Shown here: piece after piece, positions 18,676-29,405 of the stretch
How the letters are laid out: each line of letters starts with the position of its first letter
How positions within the stretch are numbered: position 1 is the stretch's first letter
Origin: Alistipes sp.
GTDB lineage: Bacteria > Bacteroidota > Bacteroidia > Bacteroidales > Rikenellaceae
DNA length: 64,000 bases
Direction of reading: 5' to 3'
Assembly (NCBI GenBank): GCA_045658265.1
Contig: JAZOUS010000023.1
Location: forward strand, 2,266-66,265
Made by a program: the position numbers and the translations under genes
The notes under the pieces: model-generated
Database searches by the model: none
Seen by the model: only the letters and a program-made list of their open reading frames with translations
What the model was told of the DNA's origin: nothing

Positions 18676-20076
18676 TTACATTGCCACAATCATCAGCACT
18701 GCGTTGGGTTCCATCTCAACCTCGATTACGCCTTTGTTTGCTTCAAGTGGAATTTCGGTGTAGATTCGTGCTGAGTCGGTCATATATCCCATCACCTCGC
18801 CCGTGAAGTCATCACCTATGTTTATCTTCACTCGCTTGCCGCTAACAATATTGTTATCATCGTTATAGCGTGTCACAAGCAGTCGCAACGCTCCTGACTG
18901 GCTGACGGCCGCCGTTGCATACAGATCGTCGCTCTTTTCGCCCGAAATGCTAACCTTTGCCTGCTTGCCGTATTGACTCAGACGTGTCCAGGCATAAAGC
19001 GCATAGTATGGGGGCAGAGGCTTCTGCGTGTGGAAATCAAACAGGCCGTTAAACAGAGTGTATGGACGTGCGTCATAGTACATCAGCTTATCCACCGCCA
19101 CATCCTGGCAGGCCGACATCGTGGCCGCCACGAACGCTGCACCTTTTACAGATGGTATCGTCTCAACGCTATAAGCAAACTCCGAGGTCCAGTTTTTTAT
19201 GTAGTTCCACTCGTTGAGAATACTCTCGGTCTCGGTGTAGCCATATTTGTCGCACAATGTACGCATACGCACCGCCTTATCGACAATTTGCTGTGGCTTG
19301 GTGGCGTAGATATGCCACGAGAAGAAGTCGATTGGAATCTTGTTCTCCGACATATATTTAAGAAAATTCTCGCCCCAATCTTCGTATCCTGCCAGCGCAG
19401 GGCCGCCAATCTTCAGTTCGGGGAAGCACTTCTTTAGGTGGCGAGTGGTTGTGATGTATAACTCATAGAAGCTCTCTGCTGTGCCGCCCCACGTTTTGGG
19501 CGAGGTCCACCAGTCGTAGCGGTCGAGGTCGGGTTCATTCCAAATCTCCCAGTAGCGTATGTTGTAGTGGAAGCCATCGGCCCACCCCTCGTTGTAGTGG
19601 CGGATGATATCCTCACAAATTACAGCCCACTTCTTGAAATCTTTGGGTGGAATAGCGCCAGCTCTCTGGCCGTGATTTTCGATGCTTTGCTCCATACGGA
19701 AGAATATCTGTGAGCCGCCAACCTTTATCACACGCTCGATGTAGCGATCGGTGAGCGCAAAGTTGTAGTTCTTTGGATTGTGGGCATCCTTTTTGAAATC
19801 GGGGAATATGGCGGTTATATCCACCGCCTGTGAGCTGCCGTAATTCTCGCACAACGCGGCATCGTGGGTGCGCACATAGGGAAATTTGGCAGCGCGAAAA
19901 ACCTCATAATTGTCGGTGTTCTGTCCGTCGTAACTCTCGGGGCCCTTTGGGGCGTTGTTTACGCCATTCATAGGCTTGATGTCGCCAACAATCTCCTGAC
20001 GATTAACCGCCACCTCCTGCGATAGTGCGCTACCCCAAGCGAGCAGCATCAAAACAAAAAACACAAATCTTTTCAT
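18676..20076 (-). CDS. Glycoside hydrolase family 39 (beta-xylosidase-like), secreted
   Basis: Signal peptide; WEIWNEPD acid/base motif, KIGGPA, DFFSWHIY, ILNEWN. Confidence 0.8.
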   Translation of the reverse strand: MKRFVFFVLMLLAWGSALSQEVAVNRQEIVGDIKPMNGVNNAPKGPESYDGQNTDNYEVFRAAKFPYVRTHDAALCENYGSSQAVDITAIFPDFKKDAHNPKNYNFALTDRYIERVIKVGGSQIFFRMEQSIENHGQRAGAIPPKDFKKWAVICEDIIRHYNEGWADGFHYNIRYWEIWNEPDLDRYDWWTSPKTWGGTAESFYELYITTTRHLKKCFPELKIGGPALAGYEDWGENFLKYMSENKIPIDFFSWHIYATKPQQIVDKAVRMRTLCDKYGYTETESILNEWNYIKNWTSEFAYSVETIPSVKGAAFVAATMSACQDVAVDKLMYYDARPYTLFNGLFDFHTQKPLPPYYALYAWTRLSQYGKQAKVSISGEKSDDLYATAAVSQSGALRLLVTRYNDDNNIVSGKRVKINIGDDFTGEVMGYMTDSARIYTEIPLEANKGVIEVEMEPNAVLMIVAM

Positions 20077-20218
20077 ATAATTCTAATTTGGTCATTTGCA
20101 CAAATATAAGCAATTAGTGCAAGATATGCAAAGATATAAGGCATCATAAAGATTTGCATAATTCGATATTTAATCGTATATTGTCTTCGAATTACACGTA
20201 AAATAAACATTAAAGATT

Positions 20219-20683
20219 ATGAAGAGACTTATTTTAGCGGCTATTTTCTGTATGTTTGCCGCAACATCATTTGCGCAGAATAATGCGTTGGGCCTTCGCG
20301 CTGGAGGTGGTGCAGAGTTGCAGTACGAGCGTTTTCTTAGCTCTGGTAATGTATTGAAAGTCAATGCTGGCTTGTTCGATTTCGATGGTAGCTTCTTTGG
20401 CACTGTCGTTCATAATTGGGAGCTTGGTAATTGGGATAATTGGACTCCAAAGGCTGGCGAGTGGTTCGTTCAGGTAGGTGTCGGAGGTGCTGTTGGCCTC
20501 TATAACGGCAAGGAGTCGAGCGACATCAATCTTGGCGTGGCGGGTAATGCTGCCTTTGGTATCCATTTCAGCGGTGCTCCAATCACTTTGGCTGTTGATT
20601 ATCGCCCCACATTGCTATTCTTGAACGATGCGCTGGGCAAGGGTTTCGGTAACTGGGGTTTGAGTTGCGTATTCCACTTCTAA
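20219..20683 (+). CDS. Small outer-membrane beta-barrel protein
   Basis: Signal peptide, ALGLRAG, DYRP motif, amphipathic strands, terminal Phe. Confidence 0.75.
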   Translation: MKRLILAAIFCMFAATSFAQNNALGLRAGGGAELQYERFLSSGNVLKVNAGLFDFDGSFFGTVVHNWELGNWDNWTPKAGEWFVQVGVGGAVGLYNGKESSDINLGVAGNAAFGIHFSGAPITLAVDYRPTLLFLNDALGKGFGNWGLSCVFHF

Positions 20684-20713
20684 TAACTCTTGTAATACAA
20701 CTTTTGAAATAGT

Positions 20714-20749
20714 AAGGGGCTGTCCGACAAACTTGTTGGACAGCCCCTT
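20714..20749. terminator. Bidirectional terminator
   Basis: aaggggctgtcc...ggacagcccctt between convergent genes. Confidence 0.7.
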
Positions 20750-20776
20750 GTGTATGATTTGCATCGAGCGGCCGCT

Positions 20777-23068
20777 CTACTTCTTCAATTCATTTGAGAA
20801 AGAGTAGGGGCGGTCTTCGCTTGCTGTGGCGCGCGATGTGTTGGGCTTAGAGTCCATCTTGATATCCATCTTGCCTCCGCGCATAATAGCCTCGTGTGTG
20901 AGGTAGTTGCGGGTATAGCGCTTGCCGTTGAGCTTCACATCGTCGATGTAGATGTTCTCGGCGCTGTTTTCGGGCGCATTGATGGTGAATCGCTTGCCAT
21001 TCTCGAGCTTGATTGTAGCCTGCTTAAAGAGTGGCGCACCCATAATATACTGGTCGCTTGCGGGGCATACGGGGTAGAATCCGAGTGCCGAGAAGATATA
21101 CCAGGCCGAAGTCTGGCCGTTGTCCTCGTCGCCGCAGTAGCCATCGGGCGCAGGTGAGTAGAAGCGGTTCATCACCTGACGAATCCAATACTGCGCCTTC
21201 CAGGGCTCGCCAGCATAGTTGTAGAGGTAAATCATATGCTGCACAGGCTGGTTGCCGTGAGCATAGTTACCCATATTCATTACTGTCATCTCACGAATCT
21301 CGTGAATCACAAAACCATAATAGCTCTCATCAAAAACGGGAGGCACGGTAAATACCGAGTCGAGCATACTCACAAACTCCTTGTCGCCGCCCATCAAATC
21401 GATAAGTCCCTGTGGATCGTGGAATACCGACCAGGTGTAGTGCCAGCTATTACCCTCGGTGAAGGCATCGCCCCATTTCAGGGCTGAGAATGGCTCCATA
21501 AACTTGCCGTTCTTATACTTTCCGCGCATAAGTTTGGTCGATGGATCAAACAGATTGCGATAGTTCAAAGCTCGCTTTGCAAAGAGGTCAATCTCCTCCT
21601 GTGGGCGCTTCAGCTCTTTAGCCAAGCGATAGATGCACCAGTCGTCGTAGGCATACTCCAAAGTGCGGGCTGCATTCTCGTTGATATTCACATCGTAGGG
21701 GATGTAACCCAGCGTGTTGTAGTATTCGTGTCCGATGCGACCAGTTGACGAGACTGTTGGGTGTACGTTCTTTGTACCGTGCAGAATACCCTCATACATA
21801 GTCTCCACATCGTCCACCTTCACGCCCTTCAGGTAGGCATCAGCCAATACCGAAGCCGAGTTGTTGCCCACCATACAACCTCTGTGGCCAGGGCTCGACC
21901 ACTCAGGGTAGAATCCGCTCTCTTTATAAACATTCACAAAGCCCTTCTGCATCTTCTTGTTCTCCGATGGGTAGAGCATATTCAGCAGTGGGAAGAGGCT
22001 GCGGAAGGTGTCCCAGAAGCCTGTGCCTGTGTAGAAATAACCCTTCTCCACCTTGCCGTTGTGAGGGCTGTAGTGTACCACTTCGCCGTTGGCATCAATC
22101 TCGTGGTGCTTCTGAGGGAAGAGAGTCGCACGATAGAGGCAAGAGTAGAATGTGCGATATTGGTCGAGGTCGCCGCCACTCACCTCAATACGGCCAAGCA
22201 CGTCGTTCCAAGCCTTGCGGCCCTTCTCCTTAACCTCCTCCAATGTGTCGTTGCCCAACTCTCTAAGGTTGATGGCTGCCTGCTCGTGGCTGATAAACGA
22301 AGATGCCACGCGAGCATTCACCTGCTCACCCCTCTTTGTGGCAAAGCCGATTACGGCTCCGACGTGGTTCTCCTGCTGCTCGGTCTGCCCCTTCTTAAGC
22401 TCGCCGTTTGCGAATGTGCCGACATACTCAAATGGCTTGTCAAACTCCACAACAAAGTAGTTCTTGAAGTTCTTGGCCACACCACCAGCATTGCGGGTTG
22501 AGTAGCCTATGATGCGGTTGTTGGCCGCATCCACCTTGATATATGAGCCTTTATCGAAGGCGTCAATCACCACATAAGAGTCCTTCGATTCGGGGAATGT
22601 GAATCGGAAGATGGCGGCACGGTCGGTGGGGGAGAACTCTGCGACCACATCGTGCTCAGCCAGATAGACCTTATAGTAGTAGGCCTTTGCCTCCTCGCCC
22701 TTGTGGCCAAACCAGCTTGCTCGCTTCTCCTCGTTAAATTCGGGAGCACCCACAACGGGCATAATCGAGAACTGGCCATAGTCGTTAATCCAGGGGCTTG
22801 GCTGATGCGTCTGCTTGAATCCGCGAATCTTGGTGTCGTTATAACCATAGGTCCAGCCGTTACCCATCTTGCCTGTCTGGGGAGTCCAGAAGTTCATACC
22901 CCAGGGGCGGGCAATGGCAGGGTAGGTGTTACCTGTCGAGAATGAGTGAACCGATTGTGTACCCACCAGCGGACTCACATAATCCACAGGCGAGAATTCA
23001 CTCTTTTGTGCCGCTGCTGTCAAAATCGACAGCGATGCCAGCAGCGTGAAAAAGGTTTGTTTAATCAT
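20777..23068 (-). CDS. GH92 alpha-1,2-mannosidase
   Basis: GNTYP, THQPSPWINDYG, GFWDTFR, EGNSWHY, YAHGNQP, GDEDNGQTSAWY. Confidence 0.93.
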   Translation of the reverse strand: MIKQTFFTLLASLSILTAAAQKSEFSPVDYVSPLVGTQSVHSFSTGNTYPAIARPWGMNFWTPQTGKMGNGWTYGYNDTKIRGFKQTHQPSPWINDYGQFSIMPVVGAPEFNEEKRASWFGHKGEEAKAYYYKVYLAEHDVVAEFSPTDRAAIFRFTFPESKDSYVVIDAFDKGSYIKVDAANNRIIGYSTRNAGGVAKNFKNYFVVEFDKPFEYVGTFANGELKKGQTEQQENHVGAVIGFATKRGEQVNARVASSFISHEQAAINLRELGNDTLEEVKEKGRKAWNDVLGRIEVSGGDLDQYRTFYSCLYRATLFPQKHHEIDANGEVVHYSPHNGKVEKGYFYTGTGFWDTFRSLFPLLNMLYPSENKKMQKGFVNVYKESGFYPEWSSPGHRGCMVGNNSASVLADAYLKGVKVDDVETMYEGILHGTKNVHPTVSSTGRIGHEYYNTLGYIPYDVNINENAARTLEYAYDDWCIYRLAKELKRPQEEIDLFAKRALNYRNLFDPSTKLMRGKYKNGKFMEPFSALKWGDAFTEGNSWHYTWSVFHDPQGLIDLMGGDKEFVSMLDSVFTVPPVFDESYYGFVIHEIREMTVMNMGNYAHGNQPVQHMIYLYNYAGEPWKAQYWIRQVMNRFYSPAPDGYCGDEDNGQTSAWYIFSALGFYPVCPASDQYIMGAPLFKQATIKLENGKRFTINAPENSAENIYIDDVKLNGKRYTRNYLTHEAIMRGGKMDIKMDSKPNTSRATASEDRPYSFSNELKK

Positions 23069-23092
23069 TTTGGGTTCTATTTAGTTATTTTT

Positions 23093-24835
23093 TTATCGTT
23101 TGATTGTGCCACTCCACTTGGCTCTATTGCCGCAAGAATCGCGGATTGTAATCTCCACCTTGTGGCTCTTGTTGCCTTTGATTCCCTCCTCGCGTAGATT
23201 GATTGTGGCGCGACCACGCGAGTACTCGATTGGCACCCACTTGTCGTCAACCGATGCCGAGTATGAAGATACGCCAGCAAAGTTGTCCGAGAGTCGGAAC
23301 GAGATGCGGTCCTGACGTGTGCAGTCGGCTCCATCTTCAAACAGCGGTCTGATTGTAGGAGGTGTGGTGTCGGCCACAATGCAGTATGTGCCGAATGTGC
23401 GGGTACGTCCCACCAGACGGTTGTGCTTGTAGTTGCCACCTGCGTTCGATATTCTGCCGCTGCTTGACACCGAGGCCATAGTGGTGTGTGCCTGCAACTC
23501 CTTCTCAACAGGCACCGAGAAGACCAAAGCCACATTCTCCTGCAAAGGTGTGCCACTGTCGTGGATGGTGTATGCAGCCGAGAGAATCTTTACCGTAGAG
23601 TCGGCCTTTGGTGTAATCTCCGAGCGTGAGAAGTTCTCTAAAGCGATGCTCTCATAGAGCGCACCTTTGGGGATTACCACGCTGAACGTGTCATCCACCT
23701 TTGCGGCAAAGTCGTGATTATAGAGCACAACGGGAGCATCGGCCTTGATTTCACCCTTGAAACACTCGCTGTCGGGCTTGCCCTCAATCTCGAGAGAGAG
23801 GGTTGAAGTGTTGGCGCAATCGTCGGTGATTACAAACTCCATCTTTCGCTTCTCGCCCGCCTTGCAATTCACAACACCCTTGTTCTTGATTGTGGGGTAG
23901 AAGTAGTCGGTACCACCCTCGCGCATAGCAATCAACATAGCCTCGTTGCGTGTGTTCACCTGAATAGGGTAGTAGGCAACGGCGTTGCAGTAGCGCGAGA
24001 GCGTGAATGGGAAACCGTCGTTGCGATACTCATATATTGTCTTGCCGTCGAGATTTGCCTTCAGGTTATAGACTCCGTATGTGTTGGCGCAATCGTTCTT
24101 GCGGTCTGATGTCTCCACCACGAAGTAACCTTTGCGTCCCACCTTGATAGGTGTTTTTTGTGCTGTGCGGTAGGTGTGGTCGTCGGCCTTGTTTACGATG
24201 TAGGTGCTTCGCTTGCTGTGACAAGGCACGCCACGAATGGTGTCAACCTCAATGTAGTGCACCTTCATAATGTAGGGCGAGATGTCGTCCTTTGGCTTAT
24301 AGATGCCCTGCGAGAAGAGGTTGATTGTACGGCCTGCGTTGTCGCGAATCTCAAAATGGAGGTGTGGGCCCATCGACGAGCCTGTATTTCCCGACAAGGC
24401 AATCTGCTCGCCTCGCTTTACCTTAAACTGATCGGGCTTGCACTCCACGTCTATTCGGCTGCGCTTTTGGCGATGACGCTCGGCTACCACAAAGTCGGCA
24501 ATATCCTTACGGAACTTCGACAGATGGCCATATACCGATGTCGTGCCGTTGGTGTGTGTCACATAGAGAGCCAATCCGTAGCCTGAATTTGAGTATAGCA
24601 CGCGCGAAACATAGCCATCTGCAACAGCCACAACGGGCTTGCCCTCCACACCGTCGGTCTTGAAGTCAACGCCCGAATGGAAGTGATTGGGACGCATCTC
24701 TGCAAAGTTGGCCGAGTAGTAACCCGCCACGTTTCTTAGAGGGTAATCATAGTATTTTGGATCGAGCTTCTGTGCTGAAAGTTTTGTGGCTGCAAGGGCC
24801 ATCACAAGAGTTATAAATAAAATTCCTCTTCGCAT
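23093..24835 (-). CDS. M23 family metallopeptidase
   Basis: HFHSGVDFK, YGHLS, SGNTGSSMGPHLHFEIR. Confidence 0.9.
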   Translation of the reverse strand: MRRGILFITLVMALAATKLSAQKLDPKYYDYPLRNVAGYYSANFAEMRPNHFHSGVDFKTDGVEGKPVVAVADGYVSRVLYSNSGYGLALYVTHTNGTTSVYGHLSKFRKDIADFVVAERHRQKRSRIDVECKPDQFKVKRGEQIALSGNTGSSMGPHLHFEIRDNAGRTINLFSQGIYKPKDDISPYIMKVHYIEVDTIRGVPCHSKRSTYIVNKADDHTYRTAQKTPIKVGRKGYFVVETSDRKNDCANTYGVYNLKANLDGKTIYEYRNDGFPFTLSRYCNAVAYYPIQVNTRNEAMLIAMREGGTDYFYPTIKNKGVVNCKAGEKRKMEFVITDDCANTSTLSLEIEGKPDSECFKGEIKADAPVVLYNHDFAAKVDDTFSVVIPKGALYESIALENFSRSEITPKADSTVKILSAAYTIHDSGTPLQENVALVFSVPVEKELQAHTTMASVSSSGRISNAGGNYKHNRLVGRTRTFGTYCIVADTTPPTIRPLFEDGADCTRQDRISFRLSDNFAGVSSYSASVDDKWVPIEYSRGRATINLREEGIKGNKSHKVEITIRDSCGNRAKWSGTIKR

Positions 24836-25344
24836 ATATCTTTATCGTTGTTTATTTCTCGGATAACCTCATCGGCCGATTCTATCACCTCCTCCATCGG
24901 AAAGCCCAACGAAGCTCCGTAGCGTATTAGTTTTGTCTTTAGTTGGTATAAATTGTCGTATTTCAAGCCTTTGGCCTTTCGGCGCAGTCGCTCCACCAAT
25001 CGAGCCCTGTTCTGCTGGGGATTCAGTTGCGAGAGCGCTTCTGCGATTATCTGGTCGGCAATGCCTTTGCGACGCAGTGCTGTGCGTATTTTATACTCGC
25101 CCCAGGCCGTCAGGTTGCTCTTCTCTCTTACGAATGCCTCAGCATAGCGACCGTCGTCAATATATCGCTCGCGGATAAGTTGTTGCAACACACCTGCCCG
25201 CTCGGCCATAGGCACCTCCCACCCCTTTATCAGCCTTAAAGCATCACCCGAACTGCGCTCGGCTCGGGCGCACAATCGCATCAGCGATTCGAGTGCCTGC
25301 TTGGCGGTTTTCGTACGTTTTATTTTTGGTTTGGTTGGCAACAT
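24811..25344 (-). CDS. recX: RecX regulatory protein
   Basis: CARAERS, YIDDGRYAEAFVREK, WGEYKIRTALRRKGI. Confidence 0.88.
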   Translation of the reverse strand: MLPTKPKIKRTKTAKQALESLMRLCARAERSSGDALRLIKGWEVPMAERAGVLQQLIRERYIDDGRYAEAFVREKSNLTAWGEYKIRTALRRKGIADQIIAEALSQLNPQQNRARLVERLRRKAKGLKYDNLYQLKTKLIRYGASLGFPMEEVIESADEVIREINNDKDICEEEFYL

Positions 25345-26177
25345 ATCATTCTCGGTTTGTCAAAACAGTCGTGGCGTAACTCCACTGAGCGGTAGCCAAT
25401 CTGCTCAAGCATCTCTAAGGTTTGTTGTGCAAGTGGCTGGTGAATCTCAAATAGCAGATACCCACTCTCGCTAAGCAGTTGCTTTGCCCTGAGAGCAATT
25501 TCGCGATAGAATATCAGCGGATCGCCATCGTCCACAAACAGAGCTATGCTTGGCTCGAAATTCACCACATTAAGGTGCATCGACTCTCGCTCCGATATGG
25601 GGATATAGGGTGGATTTGAGACCACAATGTCAAATTTTCGGCCCTCCAAAAGTGGAAGGTGCGCCAAAGCATCATCCTTTATAAATTCCACTCCGAGCTG
25701 CAATCGCTCCCCGTTGCGTCGGGCTATAGTAAGAGCCTCATCAGATATATCAACCGCTGCAACGCTCGCCCCTCGAAGCCTGTCGGCCAGAGCGAGAGCT
25801 ATGCAGCCACTTCCTGTGCATACGTCCAATATTCTTGGTTGATTAGTGTCGGCAGCCTTCTCTATTGCCCACGCCACCAGCTCCTCGGTCTCGGGGCGGG
25901 GAATCAACACCCCCTCGCCAACCTCTATCTCGATCCCGCAAAACTCGCTGCGCCCAATCACATATTGCACGGGGCGGCCAACAGCCAACTCCTTAGTTTT
26001 GCTCTCCAATTCAGCGATTTCAACCACCTCAGCCCCATCTATAAGATACCTCATCTCACTCTCGCCACTCAGCGCTGCTGCCACCATACGGGCTATGCTC
26101 ATTCGCTCGCGCTCGTCATACAGATGCTCTATCTGCTTGCTTATGTAGCGTAGTATCTCAGCTCGTGTGGCTCTCAT
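25320..26177 (-). CDS. prmC: Release factor glutamine methyltransferase
   Basis: PVQYVIG, VLIPRPETEELV, LDVCTGSGCIA, VSNPPY. Confidence 0.93.
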   Translation of the reverse strand: MRATRAEILRYISKQIEHLYDERERMSIARMVAAALSGESEMRYLIDGAEVVEIAELESKTKELAVGRPVQYVIGRSEFCGIEIEVGEGVLIPRPETEELVAWAIEKAADTNQPRILDVCTGSGCIALALADRLRGASVAAVDISDEALTIARRNGERLQLGVEFIKDDALAHLPLLEGRKFDIVVSNPPYIPISERESMHLNVVNFEPSIALFVDDGDPLIFYREIALRAKQLLSESGYLLFEIHQPLAQQTLEMLEQIGYRSVELRHDCFDKPRMICCQPNQK

Positions 26178-26196
26178 CTCGGCTGGAGGTTATGTT

Positions 26197-27177
26197 TTAT
26201 GCTCTGAGGCTCAAATCGGCCAACGCTATTGCGGCAGCAGCCTCTATGGCAACTGCGGCACGCAACGTGATGCAGACATCGTGACGGCCTTTGATTACAA
26301 GTCCCTCCACCTTGCCACTCTCGAAATTATAGGTCTGCTGCTCGGCCGAGATTGATGCGGTGGGCTTGATGGCCGCTCTAACGACTATCTCGTTGCCATT
26401 GCTTATGCCACCCACTATGCCTCCAGCGTTGTTGGTCGATGTGTGGCCCTCGGCATCGCATATAGGATCGTTATGCTCCGAACCGAACATCTCGGCGGCC
26501 TTGAATCCTGCTCCAAACTCCACACCCTTAACGGCTGGAACCGAGAAGAGAAGATGTGCTATCTGGCTCTCCACCGAGTCGAAGAATGGCTCGCCAATGC
26601 CAGCCCTGATGCCGTTGATGCGGCACTCTACAACGCCTCCTATCGAATCCTGAGTCCTTTGTGCCTGCTCGATGGTTGCGGCAAACTGCTCCTTGTCTTT
26701 GCAGCCGCCTATGGCTATGATGTCGGTTGAAAAACCAACTCCACTGCCCAATATCTTTTTGGCTACAACTCCTGCTGCAACCAATGCCAATGTGATTCTT
26801 CCCGAAAAGTGTCCACCACCGCGAGGATCGTTGTAGCCGTTCCATTTCTGGCGAGCCACAAGATCGGCGTGTGATGGGCGTGGATGCACTTCGAGCGACT
26901 TGTAATCGCCCGAGCGTGTATTCTCGTTCAAAAAGTTTATAGTAAGCGGAGCGCCTGTGGTGTAACCCCGATAAACTCCCGACACGATGTGCGGAAGGTC
27001 GCTCTCTCGACGAGGCGTTGTGCCTGCTGCGCCAGACTTTCTGCGCTCAAGGTCGGCCATAAAATCCTCCTCGCAGAGCGCAATGCCTGCTGGCACGCCG
27101 TCGATGCTGACACCCACCTGTGCTCCGTGAGACTCTCCCCAAAGTGTTACCCTAAACTTCTCTCCCCAGCTATTCAT
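26197..27177 (-). CDS. aroC: Chorismate synthase
   Basis: GESHG, PRPSHAD, NNAGGIVGGISNG, GRHD. Confidence 0.95.
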   Translation of the reverse strand: MNSWGEKFRVTLWGESHGAQVGVSIDGVPAGIALCEEDFMADLERRKSGAAGTTPRRESDLPHIVSGVYRGYTTGAPLTINFLNENTRSGDYKSLEVHPRPSHADLVARQKWNGYNDPRGGGHFSGRITLALVAAGVVAKKILGSGVGFSTDIIAIGGCKDKEQFAATIEQAQRTQDSIGGVVECRINGIRAGIGEPFFDSVESQIAHLLFSVPAVKGVEFGAGFKAAEMFGSEHNDPICDAEGHTSTNNAGGIVGGISNGNEIVVRAAIKPTASISAEQQTYNFESGKVEGLVIKGRHDVCITLRAAVAIEAAAAIALADLSLRA

Positions 27178-27183
27178 ATATTA

Positions 27184-28440
27184 TTATCGTTGAATTACCG
27201 ATTCCAAATCCTCGAAGAATGCAGGGTAGCTCTTCTCCACACACTCAGCATTCTCGATTGTGACCTTTCCTGTTTTGCAACGCAGAGCCGACACAGCCAA
27301 CGACATTGCTATACGGTGGTCGTTGTGGCTGAATACGGTTGCAGGCTCAATCTTGCCGCCTCGGATTTTCATCACGTTCTCCTGACTGATATCCACCTCG
27401 ATACCCAATTTCTCATACTCCTGACGGATGGTCTCGGCGCGGTCGCTCTCCTTGTGCATCAGACGGTTTGTGCCTGTGATGATGCTCTCGCCCTCTGCTG
27501 CTGCGGCAAGTGCTGCCAGAGCTGGGAACAGATCGGGGCAGTGTGTGGCATCAAACGAGAAGGCCTTCAGCGGACGCTTCGATACAGTGATTGAATCGTG
27601 CTCGATGATGATGCCCGCACCTGCGCGCTCCAGCGCGTTGCAGATGGCGGTGTCGGCCTGCTTCGAGAGCGTCGAGATGTTGCGAACGGTAATTTCGCCC
27701 GCAATAGCTCCCGCAACAAGCATTGTCGAAGCTCCGCTCCAGTCGCCCTCAATTGTAAGGTCGGCTGGCGTGTAGCGCTGACCACCCTCAATGAAAAATT
27801 CAGAGTAGTCACCCTCTTTATGCATAATCTCAACACCGAAACTGCGGGCGGTGCTGATGGTCATATCAATATATGGAGTCGATACAGCCGAGTCAACATA
27901 GAGCGTCGTATCCTCCTCGGCCATCGGTAGAGCTAAGAGCAGACCAGTGATAAACTGCGATGAGATACTGCCGTCAACCCTGATTTTGCCGCCGTGAATG
28001 GGGCCCTCCACCTCGATAGGCAGATAACCGCCGCCATCCTTCACCCTAACGCCCAACTCGCGCAGTGGCTCCACCATCATCTGCATAGGTCGGTGAAGGA
28101 GTGTTCCCTCGCCCTGAATACAGATGGGGGTGTGGCTGAGTGATGCTATTGGCGTAAAGAGGCGTGTGGCCAAGCCCGACTCTCCAACATAGAGTGTCCC
28201 GCTGGTTGGATTCAATCCTCCATCAATCTGGATGCAATCCTCGCCGATGTGTTCAACCTTTGCTCCGAGTGCCTCGATGCAGGCCAAAGCTGAGCGAGTA
28301 TCCTTGCAAAACTCTATTCCGCGCAACGTGGTACGCCCCTCTGCAAGCAGAGCAAGTGCGATGGCACGTTGTGCATAACTTTTTGAGCTTGGAGGAGTGA
28401 TTATGCCTTTGACGCTCCCCAAACTGACATATTTATCCAT
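27184..28440 (-). CDS. aroA: 3-phosphoshikimate 1-carboxyvinyltransferase
   Basis: PSSKS, GESG, SSQFITGLL, KESDR, DHRIAM, KSYPAFF. Confidence 0.95.
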   Translation of the reverse strand: MDKYVSLGSVKGIITPPSSKSYAQRAIALALLAEGRTTLRGIEFCKDTRSALACIEALGAKVEHIGEDCIQIDGGLNPTSGTLYVGESGLATRLFTPIASLSHTPICIQGEGTLLHRPMQMMVEPLRELGVRVKDGGGYLPIEVEGPIHGGKIRVDGSISSQFITGLLLALPMAEEDTTLYVDSAVSTPYIDMTISTARSFGVEIMHKEGDYSEFFIEGGQRYTPADLTIEGDWSGASTMLVAGAIAGEITVRNISTLSKQADTAICNALERAGAGIIIEHDSITVSKRPLKAFSFDATHCPDLFPALAALAAAAEGESIITGTNRLMHKESDRAETIRQEYEKLGIEVDISQENVMKIRGGKIEPATVFSHNDHRIAMSLAVSALRCKTGKVTIENAECVEKSYPAFFEDLESVIQR

Positions 28441-28449
28441 ATATGGTTG

Positions 28450-29289
28450 TTATTGGTTCTCGGTGTTCTGCTTTTCGGCCATTGCTGCCAAAGCGGCTTC
28501 GGCGGCAGCCTTCTGTTCGGCCTCGATACGCTCCATTGTGGCGCTCTTGCGGCCTCGCAACTGGAAGTTCTTACCCAAATATACCTTTCTTACCATCTCG
28601 TCGTTGGCCAAATCCTCGGCTGTACCTGTCTTGAGGATTTTACCTTCATAAAGCAGGTAGGTGCGGTCGGTAATCTCCAGAGTCTCATCCACGTTGTGGT
28701 CGGTGATAATCACGCCGATATTCTTGTTTTTGAGTGTTGCCACGATGCTCTGGATATCCTCCACAGCAATCGGGTCCACACCCGCAAAGGGCTCGTCGAG
28801 CAGGATGAACGATGGATTGATGGCCACAGCACGCGCAATCTCGGTGCGGCGACGCTCGCCACCCGAGAGCTGGATACCTAAGCTCTTGCGTACCTTCTGC
28901 AGACGGAACTCCTCGATGAGGGCCTCGACTCTCTCTCGCTGATACTCCTTGCTGTAGTCGGTCATCTCCAAAACAGCCTTAATATTATCCTCCACACTCA
29001 GACGGCGGAATACCGAAGCCTCCTGTGCCAGATATCCCACACCCATCTGCGCACGACGATATACAGGCTCATTTGTAAGCTCCGAAATCTGTCCCTCGTC
29101 GTTTTCGAGGAAGATTTGTCCCTCGTTTGGCTTGATTAGGCCCACAATCATATAAAAGGTAGTGGTCTTGCCGGCACCGTTAGGGCCGAGCAGACCTACA
29201 ATCTCTCCCTGCTTAACGTCAATCGTAACGTGGTTTACAACCGTGCGAGACTTGTATTTCTTTACCAGTTCACTCGTGAATAGTCGCAT
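28450..29289 (-). CDS. lptB: LPS export ABC transporter ATPase
   Basis: GPNGAGKTT, LSGGERRRTEIARA, LLDEPFAGVDP, ITDHNV. Confidence 0.95.
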   Translation of the reverse strand: MRLFTSELVKKYKSRTVVNHVTIDVKQGEIVGLLGPNGAGKTTTFYMIVGLIKPNEGQIFLENDEGQISELTNEPVYRRAQMGVGYLAQEASVFRRLSVEDNIKAVLEMTDYSKEYQRERVEALIEEFRLQKVRKSLGIQLSGGERRRTEIARAVAINPSFILLDEPFAGVDPIAVEDIQSIVATLKNKNIGVIITDHNVDETLEITDRTYLLYEGKILKTGTAEDLANDEMVRKVYLGKNFQLRGRKSATMERIEAEQKAAAEAALAAMAEKQNTENQ

Positions 29290-29405
29290 ATACGCTGAAA
29301 ATTTTTCACAAAGTTATCATTTTTTCCAAAAAAAGTGTTATCTTTGAAATGAAAAATACTAATTGGGGTATTGTGGCGCCCTAATATGAGTTATATTTTA
29401 AGACG